Part shown: positions 45,511 through 53,534 of the stretch, piece after piece
Layout: each line of letters opens with the position of its first letter
Numbering within the stretch: position 1 is the stretch's first letter
IMG/VR virus record: IMGVR_UViG_3300014202_000564
Length of the DNA: 64,000 nt
Reading direction: 5' to 3' (one strand)
DNA from: a virus
Program-made: the position numbers and the translations under genes
Notes under the pieces: generated by a model
Told to the model about the DNA's origin: nothing
The model's input: the letters and a program-made list of their open reading frames with translations, nothing else
The model's database searches: none

Positions 45511-45626
45511 GTGTATCTAAAAGGATACACTTTAAACATGAGTGTTTGGAGACCCCTTGACAAGATTGGCAGCTATGGTATGATTAGACCATGATGATGA
45601 TGAACAACAAAACCAAGGGGGAAATC
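45511..45626 (+). promoter_or_regulatory. hairpin + early-promoter cassette
   Basis: GTGTATC-TAAAAG-GATACAC 45511-45530; TTGACA 45557, N16, TGgTATGAT (-10 at 45579-45584); ATG 45591 (+7, in frame); AACAACAAAACCAAGGGGGA. Confidence 0.7.
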
Positions 45627-45938
45627 ATGGAACATCTGACAACCAAGATCGAGGCGCTTGCGGTTGAGTTGAACAAGCTGGAAGCTGAGGATTTTGCTCG
45701 AAGGGGTTTCACACATCCCCATGATAGATGGCACTTGAAGAAGGTGGGGAAAAAGTTCGCATACCTGGATTGTGGTGGGTCTGGTGCATTTCTGGTTGAA
45801 AGTGCAACAGGGGAATTGTACAATATTAAAGGATATGGAGTGCCGGATTACAACAAGAAAAAGAAAGCGGATATCGGGAACATTGCAACAGTGAATCCGA
45901 GGGAGTTGCATGCAAGACGGTGGAACTACCTTCGATAG
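45627..45938 (+). CDS. hypothetical protein
   Basis: ATG 45627 follows AAGGGGGA (track start 45591). Confidence 0.65.
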   Translation: MEHLTTKIEALAVELNKLEAEDFARRGFTHPHDRWHLKKVGKKFAYLDCGGSGAFLVESATGELYNIKGYGVPDYNKKKKADIGNIATVNPRELHARRWNYLR

Positions 45939-45950
45939 GAGTATTCAACA

Positions 45951-46115
45951 ATGAGAATGCAAAAAGCAAACTACCGCACAGTCTACCGAGTCATTGTGAA
46001 CGGACTCATGCAAGAGGAATACGAGTCCAAGTCACTTGCGGAACGTGATGTGAAACAAGCGCAAGCACAGGGGAAGGATGCGTATGTGTATACAGCATCC
46101 GTTGTGGAGTACTGA
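45951..46115 (+). CDS. hypothetical small protein
   Basis: 54 aa, below the track cutoff; AGGAG-like RBS; fills a gap. Confidence 0.4.
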   Translation: MRMQKANYRTVYRVIVNGLMQEEYESKSLAERDVKQAQAQGKDAYVYTASVVEY

Positions 46116-46118
46116 GTC

Positions 46119-46283
46119 ATGAGGAAAGAAAAGAAGTGTCCAGGTCTGCATGCCAGGGATTGTGATAATCCCCGTTCGAAGACGCTACACACTTGTCCAT
46201 ACAAAGAAGATCTGTATGCCGATCTGGGCACAATGTGTGCATGTTGTGATGACTGTAGGAAACGATGTCAAGATGAGACCTAA
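46119..46283 (+). CDS. small Cys-rich protein
   Basis: 54 aa with 8 Cys (CACCDDCRKRC); its 3' end overlaps ATG 46273. Confidence 0.4.
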   Translation: MRKEKKCPGLHARDCDNPRSKTLHTCPYKEDLYADLGTMCACCDDCRKRCQDET

Positions 46284-46797
46284 CTGGCACGGTCCTATGT
46301 ATCGCGTGGTGTCTGGTGTGCAGAGTCCTGCCGCAATGCGGTTGCGCTACAAAGTTTTCGCTGAAGAATTGCACTGGATACCGGAGACCCCAGACCGACA
46401 GGACCAGGATGAATATGATGCACAGTGTATGCCCTACGCGGTGTATATGGATGATGCACCAATCGCGTATGCTCGCGTGATTCATGAAGAACACCAATAT
46501 ATGATCGAAAAAGATTTTCTTGATGTGCTGCCCACCCCATTCAATAAAAAGAGCAGCGCGGAAGTTTCGCGTCTCTGTGTTGATCCATTTGTGCGTCATG
46601 ATGGGTTTCCTATCGTCTCGATGCTGTTGAAGAGTATCCATAGGGATCTGAAATCGCTGGGTGTGGAGTATGCGTATTTTGTGACGATTGCGCCAGTGGT
46701 TCGAGTGCTACGGAGGATTGGGGTGCCGGTGCATGTGTTGGTGAAGACGGAGAGTAAGTTATCTGCAGTTGTGAATATTTCCGAATGGATCTATTAG
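46273..46797 (+). CDS. GNAT-fold N-acyltransferase of the autoinducer-synthase (LuxI) / N-acyl-amino-acid synthase type
   Basis: RLRYKVFAEELHWIPETPDRQDQDEYD ... AEVSRLCVDP follows the R..vF..elgW......E.DeyD and S-R-l-x-V pattern; start ATG 46273 (track 46150). Confidence 0.5.
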   Translation: MRPNWHGPMYRVVSGVQSPAAMRLRYKVFAEELHWIPETPDRQDQDEYDAQCMPYAVYMDDAPIAYARVIHEEHQYMIEKDFLDVLPTPFNKKSSAEVSRLCVDPFVRHDGFPIVSMLLKSIHRDLKSLGVEYAYFVTIAPVVRVLRRIGVPVHVLVKTESKLSAVVNISEWIY

Positions 46798-46805
46798 GGG
46801 GACGT

Positions 46806-47270
46806 ATGGAACTTGTGACACAAATCTACGGTGTGATGTGGATGATAGTGATTGCTATGTTGGTTGTGGTGTTCTGCTCTATCGCGGTGCTCAGTGTGCG
46901 CGATTCTCGTAGAAAAGCAGCAGATCTAGACCGACGCTCTAAATTACATGGTCGGTATGACGTGTCCGGTATTTCTGTATCGGTCAATGGGTATCATGGC
47001 ATCATTACAAACATGAGTCTCATGGGAGCAGGAATTACTCTCGATGAACCCATTTCACCATTGCATCAGGGTCCGTATGTGAGGATCAAACTGAAATCTG
47101 ATGATGAAGTCACGATTATCAGCATGAATGCTTGGCTCACCAAAACACAAACCTACAGTATGAGACAGATCCATGTGGTATTCGATACACATGACGCACT
47201 GTCTTACCGTGAGGAACTATCTGCTCTTATCACCCACTACTGGATGCGAAAACATAGTGTATCCTTTTAG
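46806..47270 (+). CDS. membrane-anchored PilZ-like protein
   Basis: N-terminal TM; DRRSKLHGR ... ITNMSLMGAGITL gives a good (D/N)xSxxG motif but a non-canonical RxxxR. Confidence 0.5.
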   Translation: MELVTQIYGVMWMIVIAMLVVVFCSIAVLSVRDSRRKAADLDRRSKLHGRYDVSGISVSVNGYHGIITNMSLMGAGITLDEPISPLHQGPYVRIKLKSDDEVTIISMNAWLTKTQTYSMRQIHVVFDTHDALSYREELSALITHYWMRKHSVSF

Positions 47271-47348
47271 ATACACCCCCCTTGACACTATCCGTTGATA
47301 TGGTATTCTTAGATCATGATGATGAACAAGAAAACCAAGGGGGAGAAC
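47257..47348 (+). promoter_or_regulatory. hairpin + early-promoter cassette
   Basis: GTGTATC-CTTTTA-GATACAC 47257-47276 (contains stop 47268-47270); TTGACA 47282, N16, TGgTATTCT (-10 at 47304-47309); ATG 47316 (+7, in frame). Confidence 0.7.
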
Positions 47349-47492
47349 ATGAAAAAAATCGCTGGGAAGACTGCGAAGTGGGTATTGTGCGTTGAAGAGA
47401 AGATTGTCGAGTGTGTAACCTACCAAGAAGCGAAACTACGAATGATTGAGTACGAAGCAGCAGGAAGACCCTGTTACATCGAACCCAAGTAA
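47349..47492 (+). CDS. hypothetical small protein
   Basis: 47 aa behind AAGGGGGAG; extends to 47316 if the +7 ATG is used. Confidence 0.45.
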   Translation: MKKIAGKTAKWVLCVEEKIVECVTYQEAKLRMIEYEAAGRPCYIEPK

Positions 47493-47526
47493 ATCGGCAA
47501 CCATTAGGAAATCTTAGAAAGGGTTA

Positions 47527-49485
47527 GTGAAAATGATGACGAGTTTGGTAGTTACGGGTATTTGGTTGATGGTAATTTTTGCCGCAGTGGTATCAAAACA
47601 ACGAAAAGTCGCATTGATGTTGAGCGGTCTGCTCTATGTGCGCTACATGGTCTGGCGTGTCACTGAAACAATCCCCACTGATGAAACGTGGTCATTGGTT
47701 GCAGGTATTGTTTTGTGGGGTGCAGAGTTATATGGGACCATTCAGTTTGGATTTTTTGCGTTTCAAACTTGGCATGGGTTTCATACAACCCCCAAACCGG
47801 ACAAGGTTGAACCTCTTAGTGTGGATATGTTTGTCTGTGTGGTCCAAGAACCCATTGAACTCCTGAGACAAACTGTTTATGGTTGTTTGATGCAGCGGGG
47901 TCGGTACTCCATCACTGTTCACATTTTGGATGATGGAAAGCGCGAATCAGTGCGACTGTTGGCAGAGGAATTGGGGTGTCGCTATCACACCCGGACCAAT
48001 ACTCCCCAACATGCGAAAGCTGGGAATATTAATGCGGCATTACCTCGAACATCTGGGGATGTGATTGCAATATTTGACGTGGATCATGTACCCACAGAAA
48101 ACTTTGTGCAGGAGACACTACCTCATTTTAGTGATCCTAAAGTGGCGATGGTGCAAACTTCACAACACTTCTATAATCCTGACATCTTTCAATCTGGGCT
48201 ATCGCGGAAGATTCAGAACGAACAGGAACTCTTTTTCTCTGTCCTGCAACCTGGGAGAAATGCACACAATAGCGCATTCTTCGCGGGGTCTGGTGGGTTG
48301 GTGCGCCGATCGGCTCTATTGGAAATTGGTGGCTTCATGACTCAGACGATTACCGAGGATATCCATACAAGCATGGAACTCCATTCGCGGGGATGGAAAT
48401 CGGTCCATGTGAATCAACCCTTATCAGCAGGACTCATGCCGGAAACGTTTCATGGGTATGTGAAGCAGCGGAAGCGGTGGGCGATTGGATGTATGCAAGT
48501 GTTCTTTGGTGACAATCCGTTATTGAAGCGCGGGTTGACGTGGCAACAGCGGATCGATTATCTTGGATCAATGTTCTACTTCATGTTTGGGTTTCCTCGT
48601 ATGATCGGGTTGGTTGCACCACTAACAATGCTTTTGTTTGGAATCACCCCAGTTGCAACCGATCTGTGGCACCTAGTGATACAATTTGGTGCAGTGTACC
48701 TGGCACTCATTGCCACCATGCATCTTTCTGTTGCTAGGATGCGCAATCCGTTTGCTTCTGATATCTATGAAGTAGCGATGGCACCAAGTCTGTGTCGAGC
48801 AGCATTGTCGATTTGTTTTCCTCGAAAAGAACGAGTGTTTGAAGTTACCCCAAAGGGTGAGCAGCAGGATCATGGGGCGAGCATGTGGGCACCCACGTAT
48901 CCTTTGATGGTGCTTGCTTGTTTGTTGGGGTTGGGTATAATCCTGGGTGCATTTGAATTGCAGAGTGGGGATTATCATCTTGGAGTTCCATATGCGATGG
49001 TCTGGGCAACTATCAATCTGGGGATGGTACTTGCAGCTCTTTGGACAGCTCAACCAACAGAGCATCGCCGCGGTGCATTCCGTCATGTGCGGCAGGGGTT
49101 GCATAACATTCCCGCTCTGATAGGTGCAGAATATGGAAAGGTGTATGATTTGAGCATGACCGGTGCAGCAATAACCCTGACATCAATGTCACCAAAATTC
49201 TTGGTGGGGAAGCGGGTTCCGGTTGCATTTAATGATGAAGATGTGGGTATAGTATTTGTGCTCATGGCAACCATTGTTCGTCTAGATGGTATGCGGGTGT
49301 CGGTGAAATTTGATTCGGAGGATATGAAACATGTGGAAGGTCAACTTATCACTCTACTGTTTGGTCATAGTGGAGTGTGGGAAGATGAACGCGGGTTGAA
49401 AGTTTACCCAGAGTTAGAAACCTCTGCAGTGCAGCAAATTGAAACGCATGTGGCACAGGACCAACAACGAAGGGAGTTGTTATGA
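47527..49485 (+). CDS. bcsA: cellulose-synthase-like processive GT2 with C-terminal PilZ domain (BcsA-like)
   Basis: LDDG, HAKAGNIN, FDVDH, QTSQHF, FFAGSG, TEDIHTS, QRKRWAIG (QxxRW); multiple TM spans; PilZ RRGAFR + DLSMTGAAI. Confidence 0.85.
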   Translation: MKMMTSLVVTGIWLMVIFAAVVSKQRKVALMLSGLLYVRYMVWRVTETIPTDETWSLVAGIVLWGAELYGTIQFGFFAFQTWHGFHTTPKPDKVEPLSVDMFVCVVQEPIELLRQTVYGCLMQRGRYSITVHILDDGKRESVRLLAEELGCRYHTRTNTPQHAKAGNINAALPRTSGDVIAIFDVDHVPTENFVQETLPHFSDPKVAMVQTSQHFYNPDIFQSGLSRKIQNEQELFFSVLQPGRNAHNSAFFAGSGGLVRRSALLEIGGFMTQTITEDIHTSMELHSRGWKSVHVNQPLSAGLMPETFHGYVKQRKRWAIGCMQVFFGDNPLLKRGLTWQQRIDYLGSMFYFMFGFPRMIGLVAPLTMLLFGITPVATDLWHLVIQFGAVYLALIATMHLSVARMRNPFASDIYEVAMAPSLCRAALSICFPRKERVFEVTPKGEQQDHGASMWAPTYPLMVLACLLGLGIILGAFELQSGDYHLGVPYAMVWATINLGMVLAALWTAQPTEHRRGAFRHVRQGLHNIPALIGAEYGKVYDLSMTGAAITLTSMSPKFLVGKRVPVAFNDEDVGIVFVLMATIVRLDGMRVSVKFDSEDMKHVEGQLITLLFGHSGVWEDERGLKVYPELETSAVQQIETHVAQDQQRRELL

Positions 49486-49901
49486 AATATGTGGTGGTGA
49501 AGACTGAGTTTGATGATCTGGTGCCGATTATATTTCCTGAGACCATTCCACATAGGACGATTCCAAAAGAGAGTTACAACCATACTGCAGTGAGTGCTGG
49601 GTTTTGTGCTCTCAAGCAAGGCAAATGGGTTGCGTATGGGGAAAGTATAGGTCTTAAATTGAAATCTAGACCGGAGGATACCGATTTACTAAATCGCCAT
49701 TTTAGTGACACTGATACAAAACATGAGGTTGAACATTTGAAGGCTCATGTGTTCGGGATGCTGCAGATTATTGAGTTGATGAATAATAATGCACTACCGA
49801 AAGACTACGCGACTCTGAACAACTTGCAACACTGGATTGATAGTGCTCGAAAGGCAGCAAATGGTAACTGTATCCAAAAAGATACACCCACCAAAACATG
49901 A
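49482..49901 (+). CDS. hypothetical protein
   Basis: 139-aa track ORF; ATGA overlap with the bcsA-like stop. Confidence 0.6.
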   Translation: MKYVVVKTEFDDLVPIIFPETIPHRTIPKESYNHTAVSAGFCALKQGKWVAYGESIGLKLKSRPEDTDLLNRHFSDTDTKHEVEHLKAHVFGMLQIIELMNNNALPKDYATLNNLQHWIDSARKAANGNCIQKDTPTKT

Positions 49902-49938
49902 CGCTTGACAGACCGGTGGGATGTGGTAGACTTAAATC
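49869..49938 (+). promoter_or_regulatory. hairpin + early-promoter cassette
   Basis: TGTATC-CAAAAA-GATACA 49869-49886 (inside the upstream ORF 3' end); TTGACA 49905, N16, TGgTAGACT (-10 at 49927-49932). Confidence 0.65.
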
Positions 49939-50103
49939 ATGATGAATATGACGAAAATAAAAGAATTGGTTCTAGACTGTGAACGGTTGGTCAAGCGGGT
50001 AGAGCGTTTGGTTGAAGCGGATGCAGCAGATGATGTGTTCTTTGCAGCACTGAGGGTACCAAAAGAGTTGGTGGGGATAAGCCTAAAGAATGCCCAAAAG
50101 TGA
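49939..50103 (+). CDS. hypothetical small protein (candidate leaderless start)
   Basis: 54 aa; ATG 49939 lies exactly 7 nt after the -10; no RBS. Confidence 0.4.
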   Translation: MMNMTKIKELVLDCERLVKRVERLVEADAADDVFFAALRVPKELVGISLKNAQK

Positions 50104-50109
50104 GGGCCA

Positions 50110-50256
50110 ATGGAACCCTGTGAATGTGAACAATTACGAACACTTGTGGATAAGCTGATTGATGTTGCCGATAACGCGACTCCAATCCATTTCATGAGGG
50201 AACTTGACAAGGTGGTGACGGAAGCGAAAGAGATCCGTCGAAGGGGGAATCAATGA
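50110..50256 (+). CDS. hypothetical small protein
   Basis: 48 aa, below the track cutoff; stop overlaps the next ATG. Confidence 0.35.
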   Translation: MEPCECEQLRTLVDKLIDVADNATPIHFMRELDKVVTEAKEIRRRGNQ

Positions 50257-50405
50257 AGCTCGTATGCGCATGGTGTCTACAAGAGGGGAAACCTGCGGAT
50301 ATGGGGGACAAGGAACCCCTAGACGATACGCGGGTGAGTCATACGATCTGTGATGATCATTTTAAGCAGTTTGATGCTCAATATGGGGACCCACATAAGA
50401 CTTGA
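50253..50405 (+). CDS. small Cys-containing protein
   Basis: 50 aa; CAWC...CDDH; stop lies inside the next -35. Confidence 0.35.
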   Translation: MKLVCAWCLQEGKPADMGDKEPLDDTRVSHTICDDHFKQFDAQYGDPHKT

Positions 50406-50470
50406 CAATTTGGACGGGTGTGGTAGACTTAAATCATGATGAATGACCAACAAAACAAAGGGGTGAAATC
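50402..50470 (+). promoter_or_regulatory. early-promoter cassette
   Basis: TTGACA 50402, N16, TGgTAGACT (-10 at 50424-50429); ATG 50436 (+7); mini-ORF stop overlaps ATG 50471. Confidence 0.65.
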
Positions 50471-50620
50471 ATGAGGATGATTATTACGGGGGTGGTGCTT
50501 GGTATAGTGATGTTCATCATGTATACGACAGCAAGTATGACGAAGGATGCAGCAGAGGGGGCGAAGAAGCTGGTTGAAAGTCGGAATGCAATGATCGAGG
50601 AGATCTTAAAGGAGCAATAA
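50471..50620 (+). CDS. small membrane protein
   Basis: 49 aa; N-terminal TM; AAAGGGGTGA RBS. Confidence 0.45.
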   Translation: MRMIITGVVLGIVMFIMYTTASMTKDAAEGAKKLVESRNAMIEEILKEQ

Positions 50621-50622
50621 CA

Positions 50623-50817
50623 GTGGCAACGATTAAAATCAAAACCACATACCAACCATACTTTGGGTGGAATGCGATTGACGAGAACACCTATGATGGT
50701 GCACCAGACAGCATTAATAAGGAATGCGGAACCGGTGAGACCGAAGAAGAAGCGATCAATGACTTACTAGAGCAATTGACGGAACGAGATACCCTGGAGG
50801 ATGAAGATTATGGATAA
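50623..50817 (+). CDS. hypothetical acidic protein
   Basis: 64-aa track ORF; GTG start 8 nt after AAAGGAG. Confidence 0.5.
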   Translation: MATIKIKTTYQPYFGWNAIDENTYDGAPDSINKECGTGETEEEAINDLLEQLTERDTLEDEDYG

Positions 50818-50965
50818 GATGACGAGGACGGAAGTGCATAGTCTTCTTGTTCAGGTGACCGAGGCAAAAGCGGTCCTGGCTGCGGCACAATCGCATTATG
50901 ACAAGCTTTATCATCGGTTGTGGAACGAGATCCAGCAGCATTATCCAATCGAACCTAGGAACTAG
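50810..50965 (+). CDS. hypothetical small protein
   Basis: 51 aa; overlaps the upstream stop. Confidence 0.4.
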   Translation: MDKMTRTEVHSLLVQVTEAKAVLAAAQSHYDKLYHRLWNEIQQHYPIEPRN

Positions 50966-51076
50966 TGTATCTAAAATGATACACCCAGAAAGTATATATT
51001 TGAGGACTTGACATTCTGGCAGACTTTGTTATACTCAGATCATGATGAATGACAAACATAACAAAGGGGTGAACTG
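50965..51076 (+). promoter_or_regulatory. hairpin + early-promoter cassette
   Basis: GTGTATC-TAAAAT-GATACAC 50965-50984; TTGACA 51008, N16, TGtTATACT (-10 at 51030-51035); ATG 51042 (+7); mini-ORF stop overlaps ATG 51077. Confidence 0.7.
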
Positions 51077-51346
51077 ATGGGACGCTCTATTACTCCAAAA
51101 TACCGAATGGAATTTGTTGATAGCCAGGGTGTGAAGGTTCAGATGTGCTGGAAGGGGAAAGCAACGGAAAAATCTTTGGGGGAGTGGGTTTTCGCCTATC
51201 ATGAGTCGATGAAGTCTGGTGGTTGCAATGCGCACATTCCTCAATCTCTTGGGGTGTTTCCTGCGGTAAACAAAGCCAAGGTGATTCGACAGGTTGACAA
51301 TGCGGTTGTTGCAACCTGGAATGCACCAATGTTCATGGTGATTTGA
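51077..51346 (+). CDS. hypothetical protein
   Basis: 89-aa track ORF. Confidence 0.6.
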   Translation: MGRSITPKYRMEFVDSQGVKVQMCWKGKATEKSLGEWVFAYHESMKSGGCNAHIPQSLGVFPAVNKAKVIRQVDNAVVATWNAPMFMVI

Positions 51347-51555
51347 TGACAACATACTACACTGCAGAGCAAGCGCAGAGGATTCTTAAACAAATAGCAG
51401 GGCACAAAGTTCTCCCAGAGAAGGGTGAGCGAGTGACTGTTGAGTGTTCGAAGACCTGGAAGGGGAAATGTACAGTAACCCTTCATGACATGAAGTCTAC
51501 ACATGGTAGACCACTGTACAAGTTCGTTTTTAATGGAGTCCCGTTGCCATCATGA
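51346..51555 (+). CDS. hypothetical protein
   Basis: ATG 51346 overlaps the upstream TGA (track 51343). Confidence 0.55.
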   Translation: MTTYYTAEQAQRILKQIAGHKVLPEKGERVTVECSKTWKGKCTVTLHDMKSTHGRPLYKFVFNGVPLPS

Positions 51556-51644
51556 AGGAACTACTGGTCGATTTCATATGTCTTCCGTATGTGTGGAAGT
51601 TTATGCCCATGAGGGTGAAGGTGTGGGCATTTTTAAATGGTTGA
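51552..51644 (+). CDS. very small ORF
   Basis: 30 aa; ATGA overlap; alternative to track ORF 51503-51748. Confidence 0.25.
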   Translation: MKELLVDFICLPYVWKFMPMRVKVWAFLNG

Positions 51645-51653
51645 GGGGGTGTT

Positions 51654-51764
51654 ATGTTTGCAACAGCACTGATCGAGTTTATGGTTGCTCTTGGGTTCTT
51701 GTATGTTCTGGTGCATGGGTTTGTTGGTGGTGTGGTCATTTTACGTAACCGGTTGGGACTGTAA
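51654..51764 (+). CDS. very small membrane protein
   Basis: 36 aa, single TM; GAGGGGG RBS. Confidence 0.3.
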   Translation: MFATALIEFMVALGFLYVLVHGFVGGVVILRNRLGL

Positions 51765-51994
51765 GGAAAAGTGAGGGGGACGGTTCTGAAGTTGTTTTGG
51801 AATGGAGGCAACACCTAAAAGACTCTCAGGACACTTCATCCAAGACTTGATGCTTCCTTCTGATGTGGTGGAGTGGAGGGCAATCTCATGCATCATAACA
51901 TGACTAAGCCCGTAGAAGCGTTGAAACCATATCGGATGAAAAAATTGAATCGTAACATGACGGCAGTTTCCCCCTCACCCATTTGGAGGATGTT

Positions 51995-52357
51995 ATGGAC
52001 ATCGATGCAAAAGAATACAGCGACACAAATAAGAAAATAAAGAGCATTCAGGATAAGGTTGATGCTTTGCAGAAGAAGCAGACTGTTTTGGTGTTGGAGT
52101 ATATCAAACAAGAAGCGAAGAATATCCTATTGAAATATCCAGAGTTGGTGTGTTATACCCAAGGAATGGGGTCGTGGTCGTTTTATGATTCTTTTAATAC
52201 TCCTGTATCGTGGGTTGATGGGGTTGATTTAGAAGAGGATAGTGGTATCGCACATATTCTCTATGAATATGACAATGATCTGCATGTGACTGGTGTACCC
52301 CTAAAAATTATGAAGGATTTGGTTACTGGGGAGTTTGAAACCTTAACTGACTGGTAG
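51995..52357 (+). CDS. hypothetical protein
   Basis: ATG 51995 follows GGAGG (track 51983). Confidence 0.6.
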   Translation: MDIDAKEYSDTNKKIKSIQDKVDALQKKQTVLVLEYIKQEAKNILLKYPELVCYTQGMGSWSFYDSFNTPVSWVDGVDLEEDSGIAHILYEYDNDLHVTGVPLKIMKDLVTGEFETLTDW

Positions 52358-52364
52358 GAGCACT

Positions 52365-52514
52365 ATGAAAAAATGTTGCGGGTGTACGATACGCGGTGAA
52401 CATTTTACAACCTGCCGAGTGAATGTTTTTGATAAGAGTTTTGAGGAGCCCAGTGTAATGGATGTGTTGGAATTTAGGATTATTCGATGGTTGCAGAAGT
52501 GGGGGATTCTGTGA
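52365..52514 (+). CDS. small Cys-rich protein
   Basis: 49 aa; KKCCGCT..C; AGGAG RBS. Confidence 0.4.
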   Translation: MKKCCGCTIRGEHFTTCRVNVFDKSFEEPSVMDVLEFRIIRWLQKWGIL

Positions 52515-52765
52515 GGATCAATAGAAAAAAGCTTCTTGTCCGATGGAGCAAAAAGGAGAATGATTTTTTCATTAGCTATCCATCCAGACCGGATGGGCAT
52601 CTAGCATCCAATGTGCTCTTCTCTAAGAGAATGTACCCAAAGTTTGGTGATAGGAAACCTGGTGAATTTCCTTGGGATTTTGACCCTTCGTTTATTGAGG
52701 AACTTGAGAAGAGGGGATACGACACCAAGACTCTAAGATTATCTGTGGAATTGAAGAAGACTTGA
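52487..52765 (+). CDS. hypothetical protein
   Basis: 92-aa track ORF. Confidence 0.55.
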   Translation: MVAEVGDSVRINRKKLLVRWSKKENDFFISYPSRPDGHLASNVLFSKRMYPKFGDRKPGEFPWDFDPSFIEELEKRGYDTKTLRLSVELKKT

Positions 52766-52799
52766 CAGGCGCCAGGGAGTTTGGTATCATGGAGATATT
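52762..52799 (+). promoter_or_regulatory. early-promoter cassette (short)
   Basis: TTGACA 52762 (overlaps the upstream stop), N17, TGgTATCAT (-10 at 52785-52790), GGAG. Confidence 0.5.
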
Positions 52800-52964
52800 A
52801 TGAAACCCACATTACACCTAGATTCAAGAATTTCAGATGCTCTGCAGGATATTGAAGCCCTTAAGAGGAAAGTTGGAGAGCTAGAAGCTCGTCTTGATGG
52901 TGTAACTGACGCACTTTTAAAATATGCAGAAGGTGCCAAGAACGTATTGGAGGAGAGATCATGA
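52800..52964 (+). CDS. hypothetical coiled-coil protein
   Basis: 54 aa, below the track cutoff. Confidence 0.4.
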   Translation: MKPTLHLDSRISDALQDIEALKRKVGELEARLDGVTDALLKYAEGAKNVLEERS

Positions 52965-53128
52965 TTGAGACATTTGCTCTTGGTTATGCCGCAGTGTTTA
53001 TGACTGGGTTGGCATTTGTGATAACCACACCAAGAAATTTCGGGTCTGTTGCCCTGTTTAAGATACTGCCGTTTTTCGGTGGATTGTTGTGTTTTGCATT
53101 AACTTTAAAGCGGTTGGGTGTGATCTAG
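52961..53128 (+). CDS. small membrane protein
   Basis: 55 aa, two TM; ATGA overlap. Confidence 0.4.
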   Translation: MIETFALGYAAVFMTGLAFVITTPRNFGSVALFKILPFFGGLLCFALTLKRLGVI

Positions 53129-53292
53129 TGAAGGAAACCTGGCATGTAGTATTCCAGGGGACCGTTGATGTTGACAAGACATCGATGGATCATCCGTATA
53201 AACAGATCTATGATGCTGTGCGAGATAATAAATTAAGTTGTATGAGGATTGTGTCGGCTGATCCACTGAACACATACCATGAGGATGATTAG
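53128..53292 (+). CDS. hypothetical small protein
   Basis: GTG 53128 overlaps the upstream TAG; same frame as track ORF 53089. Confidence 0.4.
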   Translation: MKETWHVVFQGTVDVDKTSMDHPYKQIYDAVRDNKLSCMRIVSADPLNTYHEDD

Positions 53293-53294
53293 CG

Positions 53295-53534
53295 ATGGAG
53301 GTACCTATTGTGTATAGCCGAGACGAGATAGCAGCAGAATTTCCTGGTGTTCCCAACCTCAGTGATCGGGAACTTCTGAAGACCGATTTTACGAGGAGAA
53401 AGATTAGTCGGGTATATGATTGGAGGAACTACGCTTCCGGGCATGCAGAAAAATGGAAAACCTACACCCCACTAAAAAGGTTAATTATTTACATACGTTC
53501 ATATGAGGAAGCTATGAGAGAAGAGTGGGATTAA
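53295..53534 (+). CDS. hypothetical protein
   Basis: 79-aa track ORF. Confidence 0.55.
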   Translation: MEVPIVYSRDEIAAEFPGVPNLSDRELLKTDFTRRKISRVYDWRNYASGHAEKWKTYTPLKRLIIYIRSYEEAMREEWD

